Source: Patescibacteria group bacterium
Lineage (GTDB): Bacteria; Patescibacteriota; Patescibacteriia; 2-12-FULL-60-25
DNA: 64,000 bases
Direction of reading: 5' to 3'
Assembly: GCA_038061235.1 (NCBI GenBank)
Contig: JBBTZS010000002.1
Span: 4,672 to 68,671, forward strand
Part shown: piece after piece, positions 17,601 through 25,646 of the stretch
Position numbering within the stretch: position 1 is the stretch's first letter
Layout: each line of letters starts with the position of its first letter
Made by a program: the position numbers and the translations under genes
The notes under the pieces: generated by a model
Databases searched by the model: none
The model's input: only the letters and a program-made list of their open reading frames with translations
Told to the model about the DNA's origin: nothing

Positions 17601-17820
17601 TGGTGCCCCCGGTTGGATTTGAACCAACATTGCACGGCTTACCTGCCCGCCATGCCGACAAAAAAACCACGTTGTTACGTAGTTTTTTCATGGTGCCTCG
17701 AGTTGGAGTCGAACCAACATCTCACGGCTTAGAAGTCCGGTGCTCTATCCGGTTGAGCTATCGAGGCATGGCTTTGGCAGGCGGGGAAGTCCAGCGTTCT
17801 ATCCATTGAACTACAGGGGC
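17601..17820 (-). tRNA. Interrupted tRNA-Arg-like gene: 5' half 17786-17820 and 3' half 17601-17641, separated by a 144-nt insert
   Basis: 5' half: GCCCCTG-TA-GTTC-AATGGATA-GAAC-G-CTGGA-CTTC. 3' half: TAA-GCCGT-GCAAT-GTTGG-TTCAAAT-CCAAC-CGGGGGC-A-CCA. The acceptor strands pair 7/7 (one G:U). Joined loop would read CTTCTAA. Confidence 0.6.
17691..17767 (-). tRNA. tRNA-Arg(TCT), nested inside the interrupted tRNA gene
   Basis: GCCTCGA/TCGAGGC acceptor, D arm GCTC-AACCGGATA-GAGC, loop CTTCTAA, T arm GTTGG-TTCGACT-CCAAC, A73, CCA. Weak anticodon stem (CCGGA/GCCGT, 3 Watson-Crick pairs). Followed by its own hairpin/T-run (17662-17688). Confidence 0.75.
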
Positions 17821-17867
17821 AAGGATTTCGGACGGAGAATAGCCGAAAAATGTCTTTTTGTCGAGCC

Positions 17868-18212
17868 TTATCTCTCATCCCCTTCCCCTCCCAGCTTGCC
17901 GCGATCCATTCTGGAAAACAACTTTTCAATATTTGCCGTCGCCACGTCGTCCAACGACAGGCCGAGCTCGGTCGCGAGTTGCGCCACATACCACAACACA
18001 TCGCCGAGTTCTTTTTTGACGGCGTCGCGCGTCGCGTCGTCCATAACGCCCCCCTTGTCGCGCAATACTTTCTTAATCTTTTCCGCGACCTCGCCCGCCT
18101 CTCCGGCAAGTCCGAGCGTCGGGTAGATAAAATTCGATCCGACCTCCGGATACTTGGCCGTTTTCCGCGACTCTCTTTGATATTCATTCATTTCCATATC
18201 GTTATTCGTCAT
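17868..18212 (-). CDS. mazG: MazG-like nucleotide pyrophosphohydrolase
   Basis: 114-aa ORF: LGLAGEAGEVAEKIKK..ELGDVLWYVAQLA is the MazG EXXE motif arrangement. Confidence 0.8.
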   Translation of the reverse strand: MTNNDMEMNEYQRESRKTAKYPEVGSNFIYPTLGLAGEAGEVAEKIKKVLRDKGGVMDDATRDAVKKELGDVLWYVAQLATELGLSLDDVATANIEKLFSRMDRGKLGGEGDER

Positions 18213-18215
18213 TCG

Positions 18216-19148
18216 TTATTCAATCGTCCTCCCATGGAACGCTTTATGCACGTCCTTCAATTGTTGATTCGTTACATGCGTATAAATCTGCGTCGTGGTG
18301 ATGGATGAGTGCCCGAGCATCGCCTGAACGCTTCGTAGGTCGGCCCCGTTCATGAGCAAATCCGTCGCGAACGAATGACGAAGCGTATGCGGCGAAACGT
18401 TTTTTGGAATGCCCGCCATTACCGCATAGTATTTCACCAGTCGCTCGATCGATCTCGGCGTGATCGGGCCGACCTCCTTCCCCGATGCGGAGGACGGCGC
18501 GGCGCGGTCGTGTCGCACGAACAGGTGCGGCGACTCATCCCGTCTCATCTCCACATACCGCTTCAACGCATGCTTTGCCTGGTGCGACAAAAACGCGACG
18601 CGCGTCTTATCTCCCTTCCCACGCACCGTGAACTCGTCACGCTCGAGATTGATCTGATCTCGTTTCAGTCCGGCGAGTTCCGAGACGCGCATACCGGTCG
18701 AAAAAAAGAGTTCGAGAATCGCCTTGTCGCGCGCCTTCACGATCGGCGCAAGATCCGCCTTCTCCGGCGCTTCGAGCAATCGCTGCAAGTCCGCTCCGTC
18801 GAGAAACGCGACGTCGCGCGACCCCTGCTTCGCAAGCTCGATCTTTTCCGGCGCCATCGTTTTCACATCGCGCTTGGCAAGAAATTTGAGAAACGACCGA
18901 AGTGCGATTAAGTGATAATTCTGCGTCGATTTTTTCAACGTACCCTCTCCGCGACTTTCAAGACGATTCAAATACAAACGATACCGATGCACCATGTCCG
19001 ACGTGATGTCGTCCGGTGCCGGATCTTCCGCCCATTCGATAAAACGCCGGAGATAGAACTCGTAATTACGGATCGTAAGCGAAGAGCGGCCTTTCTCCAC
19101 TTCAAGATACTCGAGAAACGTGCGGAGATGCGAGGAAAGTGTTGCCAT
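18216..19148 (-). CDS. Tyrosine recombinase XerC/XerD
   Basis: 310-aa ORF: N-terminal SAM-like domain, catalytic R..HxxR..Y signature (TLRHSFATDLL, LGHSSITTTQIYTHV). Confidence 0.88.
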   Translation of the reverse strand: MATLSSHLRTFLEYLEVEKGRSSLTIRNYEFYLRRFIEWAEDPAPDDITSDMVHRYRLYLNRLESRGEGTLKKSTQNYHLIALRSFLKFLAKRDVKTMAPEKIELAKQGSRDVAFLDGADLQRLLEAPEKADLAPIVKARDKAILELFFSTGMRVSELAGLKRDQINLERDEFTVRGKGDKTRVAFLSHQAKHALKRYVEMRRDESPHLFVRHDRAAPSSASGKEVGPITPRSIERLVKYYAVMAGIPKNVSPHTLRHSFATDLLMNGADLRSVQAMLGHSSITTTQIYTHVTNQQLKDVHKAFHGRTIE

Positions 19149-19314
19149 GGGCAGATGGTATCAGCCGAGGCCATGCGTCGCAAAACTATGTCCTGAGCTC
19201 GTCGAAGGAGCGAAGGAGTATTGACAAGGGACGCATTTTTTGGTGGGGTTCGGTCGGAGGTGCCGAGTGTCACACGATAATGACCGAGACCTGACGCTTT
19301 TTCTCATAGAGGCG

Positions 19315-19845
19315 ATGACGCAGGCCTTCAACGGTCTCGTCTCGCCTGTGGCCAAGTCCACCATCCCGGGAACGGTCCAGCGCTTATACAAGCGCGAAGG
19401 CTCTCCCTATCTGTTCCTCGAAACGACGGCCGGTTCGGCGATGCGCTACCAGACGCACATCTTCGTGATGCTGCGCGAAAAATCCGTGCCGATCTTCGGC
19501 ATGCATATCGTCGCCGAATTCGACACGAAGGCACTGGTCAAGCACTCGATCATCTTCACCGATGTCCGCAGAGTGGTGATCGCGGCGCGCCTTAAGGGGT
19601 TCGAGCAAACGACGGCTGACATCGCCGCCGGAAACGAGAACTACTCCTTCTTCCGTATCCCGGGCTACACGGAACCGGCGCCCGTCGGTAAAACCGGCGA
19701 GCCCGGCATGCTCCGGTACTCCGAAGACATCGACGATCGTCTCGATCACTTCGGCGGAAGCGAAGAAGTCGGCTTCCGCCCGCAAGCGTTTGGAGGTCGC
19801 GAACAGAGGCTCTTTCACTCGCAGATCCAAGGCGGCAGACTCTAG
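19315..19845 (+). CDS. Hypothetical protein
   Basis: ORF 19240-19845 (ATG at 19315 or the upstream start). Protein-like composition, whereas the antisense ORF 19384-19953 is Arg/Asp-rich. Ends in a shared hairpin AGACCC-ACTC-GGGTCT + T-run. Confidence 0.5.
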   Translation: MTQAFNGLVSPVAKSTIPGTVQRLYKREGSPYLFLETTAGSAMRYQTHIFVMLREKSVPIFGMHIVAEFDTKALVKHSIIFTDVRRVVIAARLKGFEQTTADIAAGNENYSFFRIPGYTEPAPVGKTGEPGMLRYSEDIDDRLDHFGGSEEVGFRPQAFGGREQRLFHSQIQGGRL

Positions 19846-19862
19846 ACCCACTCGGGTCTTTT

Positions 19863-21284
19863 TTAGTACGCTCCCTTTTTCTTCAACACGGCCCAGGGTG
19901 TTTTTAATAAAATATAGAGATCGAGAAGCGGCGACCAGTTTTCGATGTACCACGCGTCGAGGCGCACCTCATCTTCAAACTCAAGATCGGATCTTCCGCT
20001 GATCTGTGCCATACCCGTCATCCCCGGCTTGATCGCAAACACGCGGCGATGGCGCGGTTCGTACTTTTCGACCTCGCGCGGCTGATGCGGACGAGGCCCC
20101 ACGAGCGACATGTCGCCTTTAAACACGTTGAAGAATTGCGGCAGCTCGTCGATGGACCAACGGCGGATGAATTTCCCGACGCCCGTGATGCGCGGATCAT
20201 CCAGAATCTTATACACCGGCCCCCCTTTTAGACTCTTCTCCTTGATGAGTTTTTGTTCGAGTTTCAGCGCCTCTTTTTGCTTGCCGAATTGAGGCCCGAT
20301 CGAAAACTTTCGATACATGGATCGAAGCTTAAACAACCGGAATATCCGTCCGCGTTCGCCGACGCGCTCGTTTACAAAGAACACCGGCCACCCGTCTTCG
20401 ATAAGAAGGGCGATGCTGACGAGCAAGAGAACCGGTGAAACGAGAATGATGAGAATCGACGAAACGATGACATCAAACACGCGCTTGGCGATGCGACCCC
20501 ACCCGTCGAGCGGCGTGCGCTTGACCTGCAACACGGGGATGCCGCCGGTCGTATCCATTTCGACGCGCGTGAACGTGGCGGAAAACAGATCCGCGAGATA
20601 CCGAAACTCGATGTGGCTTTCTTCCGCGAAGGCGATGAGATCGAGCGCGGTTTTTCGGTCGAGTTCCGTATCGGCAAGCAGGATGACGTCCAAACGGCCT
20701 TTACGCGCGAGCGAACCCAGCTCTTTGCGAGCGGCGTCATTCCACGTACTGAGATGCTTCTCGACCGTGATGCCGATCCAAGGCGCCGCGCGGTACAGCT
20801 CCACGAGATCGTCTGCGGCGGACGAATGGCCCACGAGGGCGAGTCGCTGATGCCCGATCCGCGCACGCAATAACGTCTTGCGGACAAGATGGAGGAACAG
20901 GCGAAAAAAACCGACGTATAAGATGGCCAACGCCCATACGGCGAGAACGAGAAAGCGCGACGTCTGCCATTCGAGACGAAAGAACACCGTCGCGATCACG
21001 AGCATCGCGCCGGCGGTACACGCAAGGATCACGCGCCCGAGCGTGTTCCACGCGCGACGTCCGCGAAGGCGGTACAACCCGGCCAGCGCAAACAACGCCA
21101 TCCAGATCAGCGCGAAGAACATCGAAACCGAAAGCCAGCGATTGAACGGGATGTCGGTCAGGATCGGGCGGATTTCCGTAAAAAATTGCGAGTAGCGCAA
21201 CGCGTACGCCGTCACGGCCGCGCCTATCAGCGCCAAAAAATCCAGCGGGAGCAGCAGGGACGCAAACGTAAGGTCCATTCGACG
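19863..21284 (-). CDS. Polyprenyl-phosphate glycosyl-1-phosphate transferase (bacterial sugar transferase, WbaP/EpsL-like)
   Basis: ORF 19863-21338. Likely start MRRMDL at 21284, because the first 18 codons are heptamer-array sequence. Multiple TM helices and a C-terminal DELPQFFNVFKGDMSLVGPRP motif. Confidence 0.85.
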   Translation of the reverse strand, partial: RRMDLTFASLLLPLDFLALIGAAVTAYALRYSQFFTEIRPILTDIPFNRWLSVSMFFALIWMALFALAGLYRLRGRRAWNTLGRVILACTAGAMLVIATVFFRLEWQTSRFLVLAVWALAILYVGFFRLFLHLVRKTLLRARIGHQRLALVGHSSAADDLVELYRAAPWIGITVEKHLSTWNDAARKELGSLARKGRLDVILLADTELDRKTALDLIAFAEESHIEFRYLADLFSATFTRVEMDTTGGIPVLQVKRTPLDGWGRIAKRVFDVIVSSILIILVSPVLLLVSIALLIEDGWPVFFVNERVGERGRIFRLFKLRSMYRKFSIGPQFGKQKEALKLEQKLIKEKSLKGGPVYKILDDPRITGVGKFIRRWSIDELPQFFNVFKGDMSLVGPRPHQPREVEKYEPRHRRVFAIKPGMTGMAQISGRSDLEFEDEVRLDAWYIENWSPLLDLYILLKTPWAVLKKKGAY

Positions 21285-21294
21285 CATAACGGTG

Positions 21295-21371
21295 ACATTG
21301 TACATTAAACATTGAACATAGAACATTTTATCCCCCAATGTTCTATGTTCAATGTTCTATGCCTTTATGCC
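21295..21371. repeat. Inverted heptamer arrays (ACATTGT/ACATTGA/ACATAGA.. versus ..AATGTTC/TATGTTC) with a perfect 18-bp inverted repeat
   Basis: CATTGAACATAGAACATT (21310-21327), 9-nt loop, AATGTTCTATGTTCAATG (21337-21354). Lies between divergent genes. Confidence 0.85.
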
Positions 21372-21432
21372 TAATGATCAGCCCTTGACGCGTGGATGAG
21401 ACAAGCTTGTGCGCGCTCGCTAGATTGGCTCC

Positions 21433-22608
21433 ATGCCCATGGCCGTGGAACCCGTTCGCTTCGAGACGCGTCGAGAACCGCGTCGCGTCGCGCTCGTCCA
21501 CGACTATCTCGTGCAGGATGGCGGCAGCGAACGCGTCCTCCTCGCGCTGCACGAATTGTATCCGCGCGCGCCGATTTTTACGCTCTTCCACAATCCGGCG
21601 CGCACGCATATCGGCTTCAAACATGCCGACATCCGTCCGTCGTATCTGAACAATCTTCCCTTCGCAAAAAAACGCTACCAGTGGTATCTGCCCTTCATGC
21701 CGGACGCGGTGGAACGGTTCGATCTCTCCAACTTCGACCTCGTCCTCTCCTCTTCCTCCACCTTCGCCAAGGGTGTCATCGCCGCGCCGGAAGGTTTGCA
21801 CGTTTGCTACTGCCACACACCGACGCGTTTTCTCTGGCAAGAACGCGCGGGATACGTAAACGAATTGCCGCAACCGCGTTTCGTAAAACGATTCATCCCG
21901 CCGCTCCTGCATCTCATGCGCCAATGGGACGCGATCGCCGCGCGCCGTCCGGACGTGATGCTCACCAACAGCCAAACGTCGCGTCTACGCATCCGCCGCT
22001 ATTACCAACGCGACGCGGAAGTTCTCGCGCCGCCCGTGGACATCGATCGCATCCCCTTTTCAACGAATCCGGGCTCTTATTGGCTCACCGGCGGGCGTCT
22101 CGTGGCATACAAACGCTTCGATCTTGTCGTGCAGGCGTTCGCAAAACTCAACGTCCCGCTCAAAATCTTCGGCGAAGGCCCGGAGCGTGACAAGCTCCGC
22201 AAGATGGCCGGCCCGAAAACGGAATTTCTCGGACACGTCACGGACGAGGCAAAGATCCAGCTCTTCCGCGACGCCATCGCTTTCCTGCATCCGCAAATCG
22301 AGGACTTCGGCATCACCGCGGTCGAGGCCATGGCCGCCGGTCGTCCCATCATCGCCTTCGGACAAGGCGGCGCGGCCGAGACGGTGTTGAACGGCGTCAC
22401 CGGCACGTTTTTTGAAGTGCAATGTTGGGAAGACGTCGGCAACGCCGTATTGCGATTCGACCCGGCGCGCTTTGATCCGCGCCAAATCCGCAAACACGCC
22501 GAAACCTTCGGCAAGCCACGCTTTTTGGAACAAATGAAACAACGTCTCGACCGCGCATGGTCCAGCCACACATCTGACATCTCACATCTGACATCTCACA
22601 TCGTATGA
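21433..22608 (+). CDS. Glycosyltransferase family 4 (GT-B, group 1)
   Basis: 391-aa ORF with a C-terminal GT1 domain (FLHPQIEDFGITAVEAMAAGRPIIA). Stop overlaps the next start (ATGA). Confidence 0.85.
   Translation: MPMAVEPVRFETRREPRRVALVHDYLVQDGGSERVLLALHELYPRAPIFTLFHNPARTHIGFKHADIRPSYLNNLPFAKKRYQWYLPFMPDAVERFDLSNFDLVLSSSSTFAKGVIAAPEGLHVCYCHTPTRFLWQERAGYVNELPQPRFVKRFIPPLLHLMRQWDAIAARRPDVMLTNSQTSRLRIRRYYQRDAEVLAPPVDIDRIPFSTNPGSYWLTGGRLVAYKRFDLVVQAFAKLNVPLKIFGEGPERDKLRKMAGPKTEFLGHVTDEAKIQLFRDAIAFLHPQIEDFGITAVEAMAAGRPIIAFGQGGAAETVLNGVTGTFFEVQCWEDVGNAVLRFDPARFDPRQIRKHAETFGKPRFLEQMKQRLDRAWSSHTSDISHLTSHIV
22570..22603. repeat. Tandem heptanucleotide array ACATCTG/ACATCTC x5
   Basis: Forms the last 11 codons (HTSDISHLTSHIV) of the glycosyltransferase gene. 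Confidence 0.85.
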
Positions 22609-23711
22609 GAGTTCTGATGGACGGCCGTCCGATGCTGCGCCCATGGATGGGCGGCGTCCCAAGACTCGCGTCGAGTTTAGCGACATCGATCAAGGCGGCA
22701 CTCGGTGACGACCAACTGATCATCGCGACGACGGGCCTGCGCCGCGCGACAGATTCCGCCGTTTTAAGTTTCAAGTTTCAAGTTTCAAGACCCATCCCCA
22801 ACAAACTCATCGCCTTTCTCACCTTCACCGGCCTTTCTTCATTCGATCGTTTGTTTCGAGATCAAAATGCGGACGTGCTCCTCCTGCCGAATCTCGAATT
22901 CGTCGGTCGCCCGCGCATGCCGTACGCGCTTCTCGTCCACGATCTTTCGTTTCTGGTCGAACCGCGCTGGTTTGACCGTAAATCCCGTATCTGGCACGCG
23001 CTCGTGAAACCACGATCGTTGATCAGGAATGCGACGCATCTCTTCACAGTTTCCGAAACAACGAAACGCGATCTCATACGTCTACTCGATATTGATCCGT
23101 CGCGGATTACCGTGATTCCGATGGGACTCGATCCGCTTCCCGCGCTTCCCGACAACGATCGCCTGTCGCGGGCGCATGACCATGCGCCCCTACCGCAAAA
23201 CGGGCGGTTCATCTTGTGTCTCGGCGGATCTAATACGAGAAAAAACGCGTCATGCGTTTTGGCCGCGCATGCCATGCTCGTAAAAAATCCGAAATTTCAA
23301 GATGTGGATTTGGTTATTTGCGGTGGCCTCTCCCCTCAATCCCCTCCTCCCGGAAGAGGGGCAAGGGGTGGTGCGACGCACCTCGACCGTCCTTCCGACA
23401 CCGAACTTTTTTCCCTCATGCGTGACGCCTCAATATTTTGTTATCCGTCTTGGTACGAAGGCTTTGGGATACCACTCCATGAAGCCGCGAGATTCGGAAC
23501 GCCGTGTATCGCTTCGACCTCGAGCTCACTTCCGGAAACTGCACCCGAAGGAACGACGTTTGCCTCGCCCGCTAAACCCCATCATTGGGTCGAAGCGATA
23601 TGTCAGGTCTTGGACAATCCGGAAAAACATCGAACCAAAACCGTACTCGGAGACTGGAGTGAGGCGGGGCGCATAATCACGAATAAGCTGCGTGAAATAG
23701 CAAAGGCCTGA
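22605..23711 (+). CDS. Glycosyltransferase (GT-B, group 1)
   Basis: 368-aa ORF with GT1-type C-terminal domain (FCYPSWYEGFGIPLHEAARFGTPCIAS). Contains two repeat-derived in-frame segments. Confidence 0.8.
   Translation: MRVLMDGRPMLRPWMGGVPRLASSLATSIKAALGDDQLIIATTGLRRATDSAVLSFKFQVSRPIPNKLIAFLTFTGLSSFDRLFRDQNADVLLLPNLEFVGRPRMPYALLVHDLSFLVEPRWFDRKSRIWHALVKPRSLIRNATHLFTVSETTKRDLIRLLDIDPSRITVIPMGLDPLPALPDNDRLSRAHDHAPLPQNGRFILCLGGSNTRKNASCVLAAHAMLVKNPKFQDVDLVICGGLSPQSPPPGRGARGGATHLDRPSDTELFSLMRDASIFCYPSWYEGFGIPLHEAARFGTPCIASTSSSLPETAPEGTTFASPAKPHHWVEAICQVLDNPEKHRTKTVLGDWSEAGRIITNKLREIAKA
22761..22789. repeat. Tandem heptanucleotide array GTTTCAA x4
   Basis: Inside the CDS, translated as VLSFKFQVSR. 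Confidence 0.85.
23327..23385. repeat. G-run/C-run hairpin element inside the glycosyltransferase CDS
   Basis: CTCCCCTCAATCCCCTCCTCCCGGAAGAGGGGCAAGGGGTGG, translated as GLSPQSPPPGRGARGG. Related in style to 27686-27760. Confidence 0.65.
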
Positions 23712-23722
23712 TTTTTGGCTAA

Positions 23723-23750
23723 GTAGGGGCACGGCATGCCGTACCCCTAC
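23723..23750. repeat. REP-like palindrome, copy 2 (GTAGGGGCACGGCATGCCGTACCCCTAC), followed by a T-run
   Basis: 12 nt after the glycosyltransferase stop and followed by TTTTTT, so it probably also acts as a terminator. Confidence 0.8.
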
Positions 23751-23767
23751 TTTTTTGTTTAGGTTCA

Positions 23768-23796
23768 TTGACAAAATACGATTTTTATGCTATGCT
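23768..23796 (+). promoter_or_regulatory. Sigma70-type promoter for the 23901-25563 gene pair
   Basis: TTGACA-17 nt-TATGCT, about 100-nt leader, then AAGGAGG 7 nt before the ATG at 23901. Confidence 0.6.
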
Positions 23797-23900
23797 TACA
23801 CGTTCGAGTCTGATTCCGCATACGGCGGTTTCAGGTCTCGGCACGCACCCGGGGAAGGCGTAAGCCGACTCCATGACAACTCAACAAGAAGGAGGTGGCC

Positions 23901-24749
23901 ATGCGCCACGTAAACCGTTTCGACCTGGTCATCAACACCGAAAGTCTCGAGGAGCGTGACAATCTTCTCCAAGGCTTCAACCTCGTCGGCAAACTCATCG
24001 ACGAAGAGGCGTTCTATGCTCTCGTCGAAAAGTCGAAGGCGACCGAGGAGGCCGGGGTGGAGGGCTTGCACATCCGCAAGCGCATCACCCACGGCGAACA
24101 GCGCGTGGCCGAGGCCACGCGTAAGACCGAGATGAAGCATCGGGGCATCAAGCCCGAGATCGAGGGGCTCATCCACACGGGCGAACTCGCCCTCCCCAAG
24201 GAGGGCGTCGAGTTCGCCGTCATCGACGGCTTGCTCGATCAACTCGAAGTGCGGTTCGACCTCTTCGGGTTCCGACTCGAGCAGAAGGCGGTCAAGTACA
24301 CCGCCGGCGAAGTCAAGGACGCTCGACGGAAGGGGCTGGACGTTAAGTTCGGCGACTTCAAGAAGAGCGAAAAGGGCGGAGAGGTCTTCCTCTGGAAGTT
24401 CCGCTTCCTCTTCTTCACGAAGGGGAGCGTCCCCGTCGTGCAGACGGAGTTGATGCAGCTCCTGAGGGAGTACGGCAGCCAGGCGATCGTGCACAGAGCG
24501 CGATGCTACTACAATGGCGATTTCGATGCCGTCGAGCTCCTGCTCGGTTACATCCCGCCGATACTCGAGCGCGTCACCCGCGTGCTCTACGACGGGAAGG
24601 GATTCTACGTCAGGTCCATCCCGAACAACAGGAAGGGGAGGGTCAAGCCGATCGAGCGACGTCCGTCGCTCAAGGCCTCGCTCGAAGAGCGCGTCGGCGG
24701 CAAGAAGCTCGAAAGCAAGAACGGCGACACCCCGCCGCCCGCGAGCTGA
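23901..24749 (+). CDS. Hypothetical protein (282 aa)
   Basis: ORF 23895-24749. Strong SD AAGGAGG before the ATG at 23901. Two hairpins downstream (24769-24797, 24819-24856). No family recognised. Confidence 0.6.
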   Translation: MRHVNRFDLVINTESLEERDNLLQGFNLVGKLIDEEAFYALVEKSKATEEAGVEGLHIRKRITHGEQRVAEATRKTEMKHRGIKPEIEGLIHTGELALPKEGVEFAVIDGLLDQLEVRFDLFGFRLEQKAVKYTAGEVKDARRKGLDVKFGDFKKSEKGGEVFLWKFRFLFFTKGSVPVVQTELMQLLREYGSQAIVHRARCYYNGDFDAVELLLGYIPPILERVTRVLYDGKGFYVRSIPNNRKGRVKPIERRPSLKASLEERVGGKKLESKNGDTPPPAS

Positions 24750-24936
24750 CCTTCGCCGCTTCCATACTCACCGGCACGCATTTCGTTCCGTGCCGGAACG
24801 AGTCACTTAGAACGAAAAAGACGCCCATCGGGTTCCACTCCCGGCGGGCGTCTTCTATATTTATTCATCGAAAGTCGAGCCGCTTGATTCATGATTCCTG
24901 TATTGCTAAGGTCGTTTCGCAAAAAGGAGGATACGA

Positions 24937-25563
24937 ATGTCGACCGACGCCCCTTTGAAAACCGTCGTCATCGCGCTGCACATGATGGATCAGGATCTCA
25001 TACCGCTAATCATGAGGCTTGGGTACGACCCCGTCACCATGCCCACGCGCGACGCCTCGTGGGGATTCATCGCCAATTCGGATGAAGAGGTTCGCGTCGT
25101 CTTCGGACGTGCCGGACTCAAGCGCGTCTACGCTCCGCTGCTGATCCAGCAACTTACCGCGCACGGATTCAAACAGCAGGGATGCATCCTGGCCCGTAAA
25201 CCGGATACGTACACCAAAAAGGAAGCGCGTATCGCAAAATGCGAAGGCCTCCTGAACGTCCGTGAGGGACGCCCTAAGTTCGGACCGGCAAAGCAGTATC
25301 TCTGGAAACAATGTCTGGAGGTCAGGTTTAGACCCGGCAACGCAGCGCCGGTGCGCGGCGATCGACTTTTGCTTCGTTCAATGTTTGAACACATTTGCTG
25401 GAAACGCGGTCGCGTATACGAGATCACCGAATCAGACGGTCGGCGATACGCGCTCGTCGAGCTGGTCATGCCGTTCCGTCGCCGCAGGATCATCTGGCCC
25501 ACCAACCTCATCTTTGTCGGCAACAGATTTCAGGCGAGACAGATCTCACATCTGCAATTCTAA
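24937..25563 (+). CDS. Hypothetical protein (208 aa)
   Basis: GGAGG 7 nt before the ATG. Terminator AAACCCGATTCGGGTTT + T-run right after the stop. No family recognised. Confidence 0.6.
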   Translation: MSTDAPLKTVVIALHMMDQDLIPLIMRLGYDPVTMPTRDASWGFIANSDEEVRVVFGRAGLKRVYAPLLIQQLTAHGFKQQGCILARKPDTYTKKEARIAKCEGLLNVREGRPKFGPAKQYLWKQCLEVRFRPGNAAPVRGDRLLLRSMFEHICWKRGRVYEITESDGRRYALVELVMPFRRRRIIWPTNLIFVGNRFQARQISHLQF

Positions 25564-25590
25564 ACCCGATTCGGGTTTTTTTATTTTCAG

Positions 25591-25646
25591 CCTACCCCCC
25601 ACATCCTACATCCTACTTTCTACTCACTTCCCCCCTACCCCTCTAA
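25591..25646. repeat. Tandem heptanucleotide array (CCTACAT/CCTACTT/TCTACTC-type units)
   Basis: 7-nt periodicity between convergent genes. Overlaps the last codons of 25635-26309. Confidence 0.75.

Noticed and set aside
19384-19953. 189-aa minus-strand ORF overlapping the plus-strand ORF 19240-19845.
   Set aside because: Its composition is Arg/Asp/Gly-heavy, typical of an antisense frame in GC-rich DNA, and its 3' part overlaps the sugar-transferase gene. The plus-strand ORF looks more protein-like. Neither has a recognised family, so the strand choice is moderate-confidence only.
21349-22190. ORFs 21349-21975(-) and 21396-22190(+) overlapping the GT4 gene.
   Set aside because: They are alternative frames of a gene with clear glycosyltransferase motifs, and are Arg-rich and low-complexity.
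23796-24494. 232-aa minus-strand ORF opposite the hypothetical gene 23901-24749.
   Set aside because: It is an extremely acidic, Leu-rich mirror-frame product with no ribosome-binding site. The plus strand has a promoter, a strong SD and terminators.
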